64,000 bases of DNA, from the NCBI GenBank assembly GCA_002269645.1, contig NIVC01000385.1, positions 575,493-639,492 of the forward strand, read 5' to 3'. The position numbers were made by a program, and so were the translations under genes. Position 1 is the first letter of the stretch; every line of letters begins with the position of its first letter. Shown in pieces: positions 1-12,125 of the stretch. The stretch comes from Macrostomum lignano (taxonomy: Eukaryota). The notes under the pieces were generated by a model. That model saw only the letters and a program-made list of their open reading frames with translations. It did no database searches and had not been told where the DNA came from.

Positions 1-103
1 GAAGGCGTTGCGCCACAGGTTGAAAAAACTGTTATTCATAACAATTCTGAAAGTCTGACGAACTGAAAATCTACAAAACATTTTATTCATATAACATCCT
101 CAG

Positions 104-586
104 CTGCAGAGCATCGAACACCCCGATAGCGAAGAGATCGCAGGTCTACTCGCCTCGCTCAACTCGCATTGGTCTCGCCTAGTCGACTTGACCGATTGCC
201 GCAGATTTCAAATCAATTCCGCCTACGATTTGAACGCCTATCTGGTGGCGTGCCGTGAGACCGCAGCCTGGATTGAGGACAAGTCCAACCTGATTGGCTC
301 CACAGATCGGCTGGGCGACAACCTCGCCGGATTTGTACAGCTGCAGCGTCGATTGCAACGACTTAACGCCGATATGCTGGCAATTGAAGCTCGACTGAGC
401 AGTCTTGATGACGAATGCGACAGACTGATTGACTGTCTACCAGATGAAGCTGAGAGGCTGACCGAACAGCGCAATCGTCTTGCCGATCTGTGGCGTCAGT
501 TGTGCGACCAACGCGATAGACGTCTTAGTAGACTCGAAGCGTCCTCTGAGTTGCAGAAATTTCTGCAGGATTTGGATCACTTTCAG
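104..586 (+). CDS. beta-Spec: beta-spectrin internal exon (spectrin repeats; gene begins upstream of the window)
   Basis: CAG acceptor at 101-103 (alternative 107-109) and CAG|GTTGGG donor at 587. The frame reads LQSIEHPDSEEIAG...LQRRL...KFLQDLDHFQ, matching the conventional beta-spectrin motif LHRFLRDLDHFQ. Confidence 0.92.
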
Positions 587-820
587 GTTGGGTGATTTTT
601 TTATAAGTTTCTCTTCTTTAAATTCAGTAGCATAAGAAGAATGTGTTAGCTGTTATTATGAAAACAAATACAATACAGATACAAATACAAATGCAAATAC
701 TTGATAAACAACTCTTAATGTACATTAGGATAACGCCACTGTAAATGTACATGTTTGAAAATGTGCTAAGCGGCTTTACCTAATTATAATTGCAAGCATC
801 AATTTAGATTCAATATACAC

Positions 821-1293
821 TTGGGAATTCACACCCAATGTACACTGGCCAATCCTCACCTGATGTACACTGGCCAATCCTCACCCGATGTACACTGGCC
901 AATCCTCACCCGATGTACACTGGGCAATTCACACCCAATGTACTCTGGCCAATCCTCACCCAATGTACACTGGCCAACCCTCACCAAATGTACACTGACC
1001 AATCCTCACCCAATGTACTCTGGCCAATCCTCACCCGATGTACTCTGGCCAATCCTCACCCAATGTACACTGGGCAATTCACACCCAATGTACTCTGGCC
1101 AATCCTCACCCGATGTACTCTGGCCAATCCTCACCCAATGTACACTGGGCAATTCACACCCAATGTACTCTGGCCAATCCTCACCCAATGTACACTGGCC
1201 AACCCTCACCAAATGTACACTGACCAATCCTCACCCAATGTACACTGGCCAATCCTCATCCAATGTACACTGGGCAATCCTCACCCAATGTAC
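821..1293 (+). repeat. 25-bp minisatellite (ATGTACACTGGCCAATCCTCACCCA), about 18 copies, intronic
   Basis: TACAC recurs at 841, 866 and 891. Confidence 0.95.
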
Positions 1294-1304
1294 ACAAATT
1301 TCAG

Positions 1305-1682
1305 ATGTGGCTAAGCACCACTCAGACAGCCATCGCTACAGAGTCCATCCCAAGAGATCTAGCAGATGCTGAGAAGCTACTGATGGAGCATCACAGCCTG
1401 AAACAGGAGATCAACGGCTACTCAAACGAGTTCGACAGTCTTATCAGCTACGGCAGGCAGATCTGCTCTGAAGGTCAAACTGACCCGCAGTACATCCTGC
1501 TGGATCAGAGACTCAGCGCCATATCGGATGGTTGGCACAGCCTGGCTCAGATGTGGCAAGCGAAACGGTTAACTCTGTCGAATGCGCTGAGCTTGCACCT
1601 GTTCCTGAGAGATGCGGCCCAGTGCGAACTGCTTCTGATCCGGCAGGAGAGCTTTCTGGCTAAACAGGAGATGCCCAGCTCT
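1305..1682 (+). CDS. beta-Spec: beta-spectrin exon
   Basis: TTTCAG|ATGTGG acceptor and TCT|GTTAGT donor. Joins DHFQ|MWL and EMPSS|AEHAD in register with beta-spectrin ETPTNLEQAE. Confidence 0.9.
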
Positions 1683-1701
1683 GTTAGTGCAGTTGCAGTC
1701 T

Positions 1702-4308
1702 TTGAATCTGCCTCTCCGCTCTCCTCACTCAGTCCTTGAATCTGCCTGTGCGCTCTCCTCACTCAGGACTTGAATCTGCCTCTCCGCTCTCCTCACTCAG
1801 TCCTTGAATCTGCCTGTGCGCTCTCCTCACTCAGTCCTTGAATCTGCCTCTCCGCTCTCCTCACTCAGTCCTTGAATCTGCCTGTGCGCTCTCCTCACTC
1901 AGTCCTTGAATCTGCCTCTCCGCTCTCCTCACTCAGGACTTGAATCTGCCTCTCCGCTCTCCTCACTCAGTCCTTGAATCTGCCTCTCCGCTCTCCTCAC
2001 TCAGTCCTTGAATCTGCCTCTCCGCTCTCCTCACTCAGTCCTTGAATCTGCCTCTCCGCTCTCCTCACTCAGTCCTTGAATCTGCCTCTCCGCTCTCCTC
2101 ACTCAGGACTTGAATCTGCCTCTCCGCTCTCCTCACTCAGTCCTTGAATCTGCCTCTCCGCTCTCCTCACTCAGGACTTGAATCTGCCTCTCCGCTCTCC
2201 TCACTCAGGACTTGAATCTGCCTGTGCGCTCTCCTCACTCAGTCCTTGAATCTGCCTCTCCGCTCTCCTCACTCAGGACTTGAATCTGCCTCTCCGCTCT
2301 CCTCACTCAGGACTTGAATCTGCCTGTGCGCTCTCCTCACTCAGTCCTTGAATCTGCCTCTCCGCTCTCCTCACTCAGGACTTGAATCTGCCTCTCCGCT
2401 CTCCTCACTCAGGACTTGAATCTGCCTCTCCGCTCTCCTCACTCAGTCCTTGAATCTGCCTCTCCGCTCTCCTCACTCAGTCCTTGAATCTGCCTCTCCG
2501 CTCTCCTCACTCAGTCCTTGAATCTGCCTCTCCGCTCTCCTCACTCAGGACTTGAATCTGCCTCTCCGCTCTCCTCACTCAGTCCTTGAATCTGCCTCTC
2601 CGCTCTCCTCACTCAGTCCTTGAATCTGCCTCTCCGCTCTCCTCACTCAGTCCTTGAATCTGCCTCTCCGCTCTCCTCACTCAGGACTTGAATCTGCCTC
2701 TCCGCTCTCCTCACTCAGGACTTGAATCTGCCTCTCCGCTCTCCTCACTCAGTCCTTGAATCTGCCTCTCCGCTCTCCTCACTCAGTCCTTGAATCTGCC
2801 TCTCCGCTCTCCTCACTCAGTCCTTGAATCTGCCTCTCCGCTCTCCTCACTCAGGACTTGAATCTGCCTGTGCGCTCTCCTCACTCAGTCCTTGAATCTG
2901 CCTCTCCGCTCTCCTCACTCAGGACTTGAATCTGCCTCTCCGCTCTCCTCACTCAGTCCTTGAATCTGCCTCTCCGCTCTCCTCACTCAGTCCTTGAATC
3001 TGCCTCTCCGCTCTCCTCACTCAGTCCTTGAATCTGCCTCTCCGCTCTCCTCACTCAGTCCTTGAATCTGCCTGTGCGCTCTCCTCACTCAGTCCTTGAA
3101 TCTGCCTCTCCGCTCTCCTCACTCAGGACTTGAATCTGCCTCTCCGCTCTCCTCACTCAGGACTTGAATCTGCCTCTCCGCTCTCCTCACTCAGTCCTTG
3201 AATCTGCCTCTCCGCTCTCCTCACTCAGTCCTTGAATCTGCCTCTCCGCTCTCCTCACTCAGGACTTGAATCTGCCTCTCCGCTCTCCTCACTCAGTCCT
3301 TGAATCTGCCTCTCCGCTCTCCTCACTCAGTCCTTGAATCTGCCTCTCCGCTCTCCTCACTCAGGACTTGAATCTGCCTCTCCGCTCTCCTCACTCAGGA
3401 CTTGAATCTGCCTGTGCGCTCTCCTCACTCAGTCCTTGAATCTGCCTCTCCGCTCTCCTCACTCAGGACTTGAATCTGCCTCTCCGCTCTCCTCACTCAG
3501 GACTTGAATCTGCCTGTGCGCTCTCCTCACTCAGTCCTTGAATCTGCCTCTCCGCTCTCCTCACTCAGGACTTGAATCTGCCTCTCCGCTCTCCTCACTC
3601 AGGACTTGAATCTGCCTCTCCGCTCTCCTCACTCAGTCCTTGAATCTGCCTCTCCGCTCTCCTCACTCAGTCCTTGAATCTGCCTCTCCGCTCTCCTCAC
3701 TCAGTCCTTGAATCTGCCTCTCCGCTCTCCTCACTCAGGACTTGAATCTGCCTCTCCGCTCTCCTCACTCAGTCCTTGAATCTGCCTGTGCGCTCTCCTC
3801 ACTCAGTCCTTGAATCTGCCTCTCCGCTCTCCTCACTCAGGACTTGAATCTGCCTCTCCGCTCTCCTCACTCAGGACTTGAATCTGCCTCTCCGCTCTCC
3901 TCACTCAGTCCTTGAATCTGCCTCTCCGCTCTCCTCACTCAGTCCTTGAATCTGCCTCTCCGCTCTCCTCACTCAGTCCTTGAATCTGCCTCTCCGCTCT
4001 CCTCACTCAGGACTTGAATCTGCCTCTCCGCTCTCCTCACTCAGTCCTTGAATCTGCCTCTCCGCTCTCCTCACTCAGTCCTTGAATCTGCCTCTCCGCT
4101 CTCCTCACTCAGTCCTTGAATCTGCCTCTCCGCTCTCCTCACTCAGTCCTTGAATCTGCCTCTCCGCTCTCCTCACTCAGTCCTTGAATCTGCCTCTCCG
4201 CTCTCCTCACTCAGTCCTTGAATCTGCCTCTCCGCTCTCCTCACTCAGTCCTTGAATCTGCCTCCGCTCTCCTCACTGAGTCATTGAATCTGCCTCTCCG
4301 CTCTCTTT
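1702..4308 (+). repeat. 34-bp minisatellite (TTGAATCTGCCTCTCCGCTCTCCTCACTCAGTCC), about 76 copies, intronic
   Basis: Period 34 (1741 to 1775). Two variant positions: TCC/GAC and CTC/GTG. Confidence 0.97.
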
Positions 4309-4446
4309 CAGTCTTGAAAGTTCGACTTTTTCATTCATTTTTCATCTTTGCCACGATATTCGACAACAACCTACGTTATACTACTATTCCACAGTTTAAA
4401 GTAGCGTAAATCGTATAAAATATTATTGTATCTATGTTTATTCCAG

Positions 4447-4868
4447 GCCGAACATGCCGATAGGCTGGTGCACCAATGCGAAGCGTTCATCGCTTCGATG
4501 TGTAACGCCGAGCAGAAGCTCGAATTGCTAGACGAGACTGGTCAGCGCCTGCTCGAGGATCAGGATGCCTCTGCTAGTGCGGACGCGGCAACGTCGGATG
4601 TCGAAGCATCCCAGCAGCAGCGCCGCTGTTTGGGGGGACGCGATAAAGTCGTTCAGAAACTCGACTCGATTCGACGCAGACGCCTCGCCAATTCTAACAG
4701 AGCCGCAGAGCTGCTAGATAAGCTTCGGGGTCTGGCTCAACTGCAGCAGCTTCGACAGGAGGTGGGCGACCTGGCTGAATGGATCGACGATCGGCTGGCA
4801 ATGGCAGCGGCTGCCGCCGATGAAGCCGCTGACCCTAGCAGAGATGCTGCCGGGAATTTAGCTGGGAG
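4447..4868 (+). CDS. beta-Spec: beta-spectrin exon
   Basis: TTCCAG|GCC acceptor and AG|GTGAGT donor (phase 2). Encodes AEHADRLVHQCEAF...LQQLRQEVGDLAEWI. Confidence 0.9.
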
Positions 4869-4958
4869 GTGAGTTGAGGAGAAATCAACTGGGAATGGAC
4901 AGCACAATCTTGGATATACGTCATTAGAAGCGCCGAGCCCCTAATCTAAATATACTAA

Positions 4959-5102
4959 TCCTATATACTAAAAATGAAAATCTTGCTTGCTTGCTTGCTT
5001 GTAATCGATTAGAGAAAAAATGGCTTAACCGATTTTCATGAGACTGGCACTGTTCGATCAGATATTCTAACTGAACGTCACTAATCACCAAACTTCAATC
5101 CC
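4959..5102 (+). mobile_element. 5' end of a non-autonomous Helitron-like element ((TTGC)n seed)
   Basis: A|TCCTATATACTAAAAATGAAAATC(TTGC)n...AAAATGGCTTAACCGATTTTCATG has the same architecture as the units at 29629 and 32652. No 3' end was identified. Confidence 0.55.
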
Positions 5103-5830
5103 TGTCATTAGGCGTCCACCTCTGATCCCTAATGGGTGTCATTTGGCGTCCACCTCTGATCCCTAATGGGTGTCATTTGGCGTCCACCTCTGATCCCTAA
5201 TGGGTGTCATTTGGCGTCCACCTCTGATCCCTAATGGGTGTCATTTGGCGTCCACCTCTGATCCCTAATGGGTGTCATTTGGCGTCCACCTCTGATCCCT
5301 AATGGGTGTCATTTGGCGTCCACCTCTGATCCCTAATGGGTGTCATTTGGCGTCCACCTCTGATCCCTAATGGGTGTCATTTGGCGTCCACCTCTGATCC
5401 CTAATGGGTGTCATTTGGCGTCCACCTCTGATCCCTAATGGGTGTCATTAGGCGTCCACCTCTGATCCCTAATGGGTGTCATTTGGCGTCCACCTCTGAT
5501 CCCTAATGGGTGTCATTAGGCGTCCACCTCTGATCCCTAATGGGTGTCATTTGGCGTCCACCTCTGATCCCTAATGAGTGTCATTTGGCGTCCACCTCTG
5601 ATCCCTAATGGGTGTCATTTGGCGTCTACCTCTAATCCCTAATGGGTGTCATTAAGCGTCCACCTCTAATCCCTAATGGGTGTCATTTGGCGTCCACCTC
5701 TAATCCCTAATGGGTGTCATTTGGCGTCTACCTCTAATCCCTAATGGGTGTCATTTGGCGTCCACCTCTTATACCTAATGGGTGTCATTAGGCGTCAACC
5801 TCTAATACAGAATGGGTGTCATTAGGCGTC
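5103..5830 (+). repeat. 34-bp minisatellite (TGTCATTTGGCGTCCACCTCTGATCCCTAATGGG), about 21 copies
   Basis: Period 34 (5103 to 5137). Confidence 0.95.
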
Positions 5831-5838
5831 ACTCCTAA

Positions 5839-6182
5839 TTTAGCTTCTTACGTAGAATCAGAGGGCACCCTGGCGCACTTTAAGCGACATTGTCATACAG
5901 CCGGCGAGAGGCATTGCTGCCCATTCCGCCGACTCCCCTGAGCAGGCATACAAGCGCGCGGATACGTACGCAGTCATACGCACAGGTACACACTCACACA
6001 GGAGTGTACAGCGGCCCTAACTTTATTTATCGTTAGGCATGTGCACTTCACTGCGCCTTTGGGGTTTGGCCCTCAAGCTGGGCGTTAATTGAAGCCCCAA
6101 ATTAATGTGACTGAACTTGGAATCGAGCCTGGGCTGCTGGCACATTAGAGCGCCGCGCTAGACCACTAGGCTACGGCACCCC
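5839..6182 (-). mobile_element. tRNA-derived SINE, family 1
   Basis: The minus strand has an A-box (GTAGCCTAGTGGTCTAGCGC) and B-box (GGCTCGATTCCA). The body is shared with the copies at 6691 and 57917. Flanked by the direct repeat CACTCCTAA (5830-5838 and 6183-6191). Confidence 0.88.
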
Positions 6183-6298
6183 CACTCCTAAAAACTCAAT
6201 GGGTGTTAGTTATTAAGCGTCAACCCTAACCCATAAGCTGCTTAGTATTAATTCCTCACCAATCACTAAATTTGCCACGTAAATAATCTTGACCTCAG

Positions 6299-6413
6299 GT
6301 ACAATCGTCATCGAAATTTTGAACGCGAGATAGCGGCCAACAAGGAGAGACTGAGCACTGTGATTTTGTACGCTGAGCAGCTGATTTCTCAGCTGCCCGA
6401 GCACCGGAATGAG
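6299..6413 (+). CDS. beta-Spec: beta-spectrin 115-nt exon (not in the ORF track)
   Basis: CTCAG|G acceptor and GAG|GTGAGT donor. Encodes (R)YNRHRNFEREIAANKERLSTVILYAEQLISQLPEHRNE, matching beta-spectrin WTRHQAFEAEIASNKDRL. Phases fit both neighbouring exons. Confidence 0.9.
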
Positions 6414-6469
6414 GTGAGTTCATTTAATAATGAATTTTGTCTAATTCAGTTTAAATCTAAATATAAAGT

Positions 6470-7375
6470 CCAATGTGTTTGAGGTGCCTAATGTATCCCA
6501 AAAGTCTAATGTGTCTTAAATGTCTGATGTGCCCCCAAGTGTCTACGAGCGTAATGTGCCCCAAGTGTCTAATGTGTCCCTAGTGTCTATACTGTGTCCC
6601 AAGAGTCAATAATGTGTCTCAAGTATCAAACGTGTCTTAAGTGTGTGATGTGTATAAAATATCTAATGAGACCCAAGTGGTATGTGTCAAGGGGGGCCGT
6701 AGCCCAGCGGTAGCGCAGCTGCTCTGGTGTGCCGCGACCCAGGCTCGATTCCAAGTGCAGCCACATTAATTTGGGGCTGAATTGGAATTTCGGCTTGGCT
6801 CGCCTGTGCAATTAACGGCCTTGAGAGCCAATCCCCCAAGGCGCAGTGAAGTGTACATGCCTAACAATTGATAAAGTTAGGGCCGCTGTACACTCCTGTG
6901 TGAGTGTGTGCCTGCGTAACGTATCCGCGCGCTTGTATGCCTGCTCAGGGGAGTCGGCGGAATGGGCAGTGATGCCTCTCGCCAGTTGTGTGCCTATGTC
7001 GCCTAAAGTGCGCCAGGGTGCACACAACCCCCCTGCCTCTAATAAAATAAAAAAGTGGTATGTGTCCAAAATGTCTAATGAGTCCAAAGAAGTATGTGTC
7101 CCGAATGTCTAATATGTCTTAAGTGACGAATATGTCTCGGATGTCTAATGTGTCCTAAGTGGTATGTGTTCAAAATATCTAATGTGTCCTAAGTGGTATG
7201 TGTCTAAAATGTCTAATGTGTCTGAAGTTTCTAATGTGTCGCAAATGTCTAATGTGTCTCAAATGTCTAATGAGTCCTAAGTGTCAAGTGTGTCCCAGAT
7301 GTCTAATGTGTCCTAGATTTCGAGTGTGTCCCATGTGTCTGATGTATCCTAAATGTCTAATGTGACCCGAATTTC
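6470..7375 (+). repeat. degenerate ~20-bp repeat (ATGTCTAATGTGTCC...) interrupted by a SINE
   Basis: Recurrent GTCTAATGTGTC motifs on both sides of 6691-7052. Confidence 0.75.
6691..7052 (+). mobile_element. tRNA-derived SINE, family 1
   Basis: GGGGGGCCGTAGCCCAGCGGTAGCGC head, GGCTCGATTCCA B-box and A-rich tail. Flanked by AAGTGGTATGTGTC (6675-6688 and 7053-7066). Confidence 0.9.
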
Positions 7376-7451
7376 TTGTATATCTCACCTGTCTTATTCA
7401 TTCTGACCGTGTGTTAAAGCATCATAGCATACTCTCAAAATTGTTTGACAG

Positions 7452-7874
7452 ATCCAACAAGAGATGAGCGCCCTGACATCTAAATGGTCAATGTTGGAAG
7501 ATCTGGTGCAACAGAAAGGCCAAGAACTTCTAGAAGTGAACAGAGAGGCTATTTTTAATAGCACTGCTCAAGACTTCAGCGGCTGGATGGAGAAGCTGAT
7601 CAGCCAGATGTCCCTTGACGAGGAGCAAGTGGTCACCCTGACTGATGTAGACGTGCTTCTGCGCGGCATCGAAGCTCAGGAGCAAGAGATGCTGGAGCGC
7701 CAGCAACAGCTCGAGGACCTGGACGAGCATCGGGCTCGTTTGATCGAACGGCACCCTGAGCGGGAGGCAGTGTTTGAGAAGACTCACTCCACTTTGAAGC
7801 AGACTTTTGTGCAGCTACGCGAACCAGTTGACAAGATCAAGGCCGATTTGATGAAGCGGCGGAGGCTGAGACAG
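7452..7874 (+). CDS. beta-Spec: beta-spectrin exon
   Basis: GACAG|ATC acceptor and CAG|GTAATA donor. KGQELLEVNRE corresponds to KGERLFDANRE. Confidence 0.9.
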
Positions 7875-7924
7875 GTAATAACGTAAAGACATGGATCTCT
7901 ACCGCTTCTTAACTGGATTATCAT

Positions 7925-8340
7925 AGGGATCTCCCTAGAATGCATTTCCCTGGAATCTCCTTTGAATTGATTTCCCTTGGATCTCTCTTAAATGGATTTC
8001 CCTAGGATCTCCCTTGAATGGATTTCCCCGGGATCTCCCTTGAATGGATTTCCCTGGGATCTCCCTTTGAATGGATTTCATGGGGTCTCTCTTGAATGGA
8101 TTTCCATGGGATCTCCCTAAAATGGATTTCCGGGATCACCATTGAATGAATTCCCTTGGATCTCCTTTTGAATGGATTTCCCTGGGATTTCTCTTTAAAT
8201 GGATTTCCCTGGGATCTCTCTTGAATGGATTTCCCCGGGATCTCCCTTGAATGGATTTCCTTTGGATCTCCCTAAAATGGATTTCCCTGGGATTTCCATT
8301 AACTGAATCCCCTGAGGATATCCCTTATTTAGATTGCCCG
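7925..8340 (+). repeat. degenerate ~27-bp repeat (GAATGGATTTCCCTGGGATCTCCCTT)
   Basis: Visible tandem motif in the intron. Confidence 0.8.
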
Positions 8341-8439
8341 AGGCTTCCCCTGAATGATAAAGTACACATCAAGTACAGCTCCAATTTTCTTTACCATTTT
8401 TCTCACTCATCTCAAGAAAACTAAAACAATATCCCTCAG

Positions 8440-9288
8440 ATACTACTCAGTCTGGACGAAGAAATCGCCTGGGCCGTCGAGCGACTCGCCATGGCTGGCT
8501 CCCAGGACGCGGGCGATTCTCTTCTAACCGTGACTCAACTCAAGCGCCGGCACCAGACGCTAACGGCCGAGATTGCGGCCAGGCGGCCAAGGATGCTGGA
8601 GATTCTGGCCTCCGCTGATGAAGCGGCAAACGAAGCTGGGCAGCCAAGCGAATCAGCCAAGCGCTACTCGGACAGTGCCGGACAGTTGGAATCGACTTGG
8701 AACCGGCTGGACGAATCTCTGACTGTTAGATCGGACCTGCTGGACCGCAGCGAATCAGTGCACGGCTGGTTGAATGATGCTCACGAAGCTGAACTCTGGC
8801 TGGCCGAACGGGAGCTGCTCTGCGCTGCCGGGCTCGCTGCCACCGCGCCTGATTCGCCAGAAGCTGCCGCCGCCGCCGCCTCCGGCGCCTCGGAGGCCTC
8901 CATCGCCAAGTCTATCCGTCGACACGACAATCTAGAATCCGACGTTGAACAATACGGTCGCGATATAATTAGTCAGCTGGGGATTCGAGCTCGCGACCTT
9001 TTAGAATCGTCTACAATTGGTAGAGAACTGGTTGAGCAGGGCCAGAGTAGGCTAGACCGATTGTACGCTACTCTCAAAGAGATGATTGCCGAGAAACGAA
9101 TCTGGCTGCTTGAGAAGCTGCGCCTGTGTCAGCTGAGCAGACTGGTTGACGATCTGGAAGCCTGGATTCGAGTGCGCACTGTCGCGGCTCAGAGCAATCA
9201 GATTGGCGAGGATTTTGATCATTGCGCGGTCATTGACGACCGATTTCGGAGCTTCGCTAAGGAGACGGAAACTGTGGGAGCTGAGCTG
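8440..9288 (+). CDS. beta-Spec: beta-spectrin exon
   Basis: CTCAG|ATA acceptor and CTG|GTGGGT donor. Contains AHEAELWLAEREL, QSRLDRLYATLK, QIGEDFDH and RFRSFAKETETVG. Confidence 0.92.
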
Positions 9289-9349
9289 GTGGGTTTGATC
9301 GTAGCGCTGCCGGGATTTCCTGAAATTTATTCTCCTGTAAAAATATCCC

Positions 9350-9870
9350 TGATGGGATTTCCTTAAATATACCTAATGAAATTTTCCTAGGATATCCTTG
9401 ATGGGATTCCCCTGGGTTATCCTAAATGGGATTCCCCTAGGATTTCCTTGATGGGATATTCTTGATGTGATTCCCCTGCAATATCCTTGATTTGATTCCC
9501 CTGCAATATCCTTGATGTGATTCCCCTAGGGTTTTCTTGATGTGATTCCCCTGGGATATCCTTGATGTGATTCCCCTAGGGTTTTATTGGTGTGATTCCC
9601 CTAGGTTATTCTTGATGGGATTCCCCTAAGATATCCTTGATAGGATTCCCCTAGGATATCCTTGATGGTATTCCCCTAAGGCATCCCTGATGGGATTCCC
9701 CTAGGATATCCTTGATGTCATTTCCCTAAGATATCCTTGATGGGATCCTCCTAGGATATCCTTGATGGGATCCTCCTAGGATATCCTTGATGGGATCCTC
9801 CTAGGCTATATCTGATAGGATTCAACGAGGATTTCCCTTGATGGGATTATCCTGGGATCTTTCCAATGGG
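9350..9870 (+). repeat. degenerate ~25-bp repeat (GATGGGATTCCCCTAGGATATCCTT)
   Basis: Visible tandem motif that resembles the 7925-8340 array. Confidence 0.8.
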
Positions 9871-10016
9871 ACACTCCTATGATCTCTCCTAGAGCTTTCT
9901 ACGAGATATTCTTTAGGATTTTGTGATTTGAATTCAATAACATCCTACAATGAGTATGGGACGCTACATGAGATAACAGTTAGCTAATAATCAGACAAAC
10001 TCAAACAACCAAACAG

Positions 10017-11377
10017 GTGCACGAAGCGAACACCTTCGCAGACAGTCTGATCGATTCTGGTCACCAGGCCAGCCCCATCGTGGCCAGCTGGCGCGATCGA
10101 GTCAACGAGTCGTGGGCCGACCTGCTTGAGCTGCTGGACACCCGCGGCCAGCTCCTGTCAGCTGCACTGGCCTACCACCGCTACCTGAGCGACTGTAGCG
10201 ACGTTCTCGATCGTATCGACGAGAAATCAGCGTCGATGATTGGCGGCGACGATTCGTCACCTCTGTCGGCCTCTCGTCGGCACGCGGTATTTGAGCGAGA
10301 TTTGGTTGGCTTAGAATCGGCTGTTCGTTCGATTGACAACGAGGCTAGCGAGCTGCGACCGGCGTACGCTGGCGAGCGGGAGCGGCAGATTAGCGACCTT
10401 CGCAATCAGGTGGTGGAGGCCTGGAACCGGCTGATGAGGCGCTGTCGTGACAGGAAGCTGGCTCTGGATGAGGCTACGGAGCTGCAGCGATTCCTACGCA
10501 TGGCCAGAGATCTGTCTAGATGGATGTCTACAGTCAGCGAGGAGATGTCGTCAATCGGGACCTGGGATCTAGCCGGGGTGGAACTGCGAATCAATGAGCA
10601 CAAAAGTTTGAAAGCAGAAATCGATGCCCGAGAAGAGAATTTTGCCATAACGTCGAATTTGGCGAAATCGCTGGTTCAGCGACGGCATCGGGAGACTCAG
10701 CTGGTGCGGGACACCATGGCTGAGCTGGCTGGGCAAAGATTCGACCTGGCTGACAGCTGGGAGCTGGTATGGCAGCGGCTGCAGCTCATGCTGGGTGTAC
10801 ACCAGTTCGCCAGAGACGCGGCCAGCGCCGAGGCCTGGCTGATGACGCACGAGCCGCAACTGAAGATAGGTCGGCTCGGCGACAGTCTGGACGAGACGCT
10901 GGCGATGATTCGGCAGCACGAGGCGTTCGAGAGGGCAGCTAGAGGACAGGCGAACCGGTTCAAAGCGTTGGAGAAGCTCACCGGACTTGAGGAGCGACAG
11001 CTCGTTGAAGACGCCAGATCGAACTCGAAGCTGCTGCTAGAGACAGCCGCTAGAAAGCGACGCGAGGCGGTTGATGCAGCAGTGCCTCAGCTTCCGCCGC
11101 CGCCGCCGCCGCCGCCGAAGCCAAAGCCGCAGTCGCAGCAGTCGCGGTCGTTGAGGCCTCCGCCACCTCCTCCGCCGCCTCCTCCGCTTTCGCCTGTTAA
11201 AGAAAGAGAAGAGAAGATTCCTCAAAGCTATGATCAGGAGCGGATGGCTTCGGCTGATACTTCAATGGCAGGAGCTCAGCAACAGGCGGCTGCGGCACGG
11301 ATGGAGGGCGGTCTGTGGCGCAAGCAGGAGTGGGATCAGGGCGGCAGGAAGGCCCAGCATCGGAGCTGGCAACAGCT
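10017..11377 (+). CDS. beta-Spec: beta-spectrin exon: last spectrin repeats, poly-Pro linker and start of the PH domain
   Basis: AACAG|GTG acceptor and CT|GTGAGT donor. Contains HKSLKAEIDAREENF, QFARDAASAEAWL and MEGGLWRKQEWDQGGRKAQHRSW, which are signature beta-spectrin segments. Confidence 0.95.
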
Positions 11378-11489
11378 GTGAGTTTCAATTGGATTGGACC
11401 CAGTTTTTATATGATATTTGACAGCAGGCATAGGGAACAAAAGACACGAGGCAATGTAGATACGAGCCGTATGTGGGACACTCGGGGCA

Positions 11490-12105
11490 CGCAAGGACAC
11501 ACAAAGAGCACAAAAGACACAGAAAGACACACAACGACAAATATGCCTGGCCCTGTTTTACCGATACACAAAGAACACACAAGGATACACAAGGACACAA
11601 AATAGCATACAAGGACACACAAGGTCACACAAGGACACAAGAGCATATAGGGACGCACAAGGACATACAAGGACACACAGTGACACAAAATAACATACAA
11701 GGACACTCAAGGACACAAAAAGACACATCAGAACACATAGGGACTCACAAGGACACACAATGACACAAAATAACATACAAGGACACTCAAGGACACAAAA
11801 AGACACATCAGAACACATAGGGACTCACAAGGACACACAATGACACAAAATAACATACAAGGACACTCAAGGACACAAAAAGACACATCAAAACACATAG
11901 GGACTCACAAGGACACACAATGACACAAAATAACATACAAGGACACTCAAGGACACAAAAAGACACATCAGAACACATAGGGACTCACAAGGACACACAA
12001 TGATACAAAATAAAATATAAGGACACTAAAGGACACAAAAGGACGCATAAGGACACATAAAGACACACAAGGACACAAAATGACACAAAATGACGCACAA
12101 AGAAC
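11490..12105 (+). repeat. GGACACACAA-type decamer repeat with an 80-bp higher-order unit
   Basis: GGACACTCAA recurs at 11701, 11781, 11861 and 11941. Confidence 0.88.
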
Positions 12106-12125
12106 CTTCTAAAACCTATCCACAG

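Noticed and set aside
1702-5830. CRISPR-like 34-bp repeat arrays
   Set aside because: Units are directly adjacent with no unique spacers, there are no cas genes, and the context is eukaryotic and intronic.
6225-6233. Telomeric CCCTAA motifs (also near 53280)
   Set aside because: Single isolated units, not an array.
10181-11388. Minus-strand ORFs over the spectrin exon (and + strand ORFs over the bZIP exons)
   Set aside because: Antisense shadows of GC-rich coding sequence.
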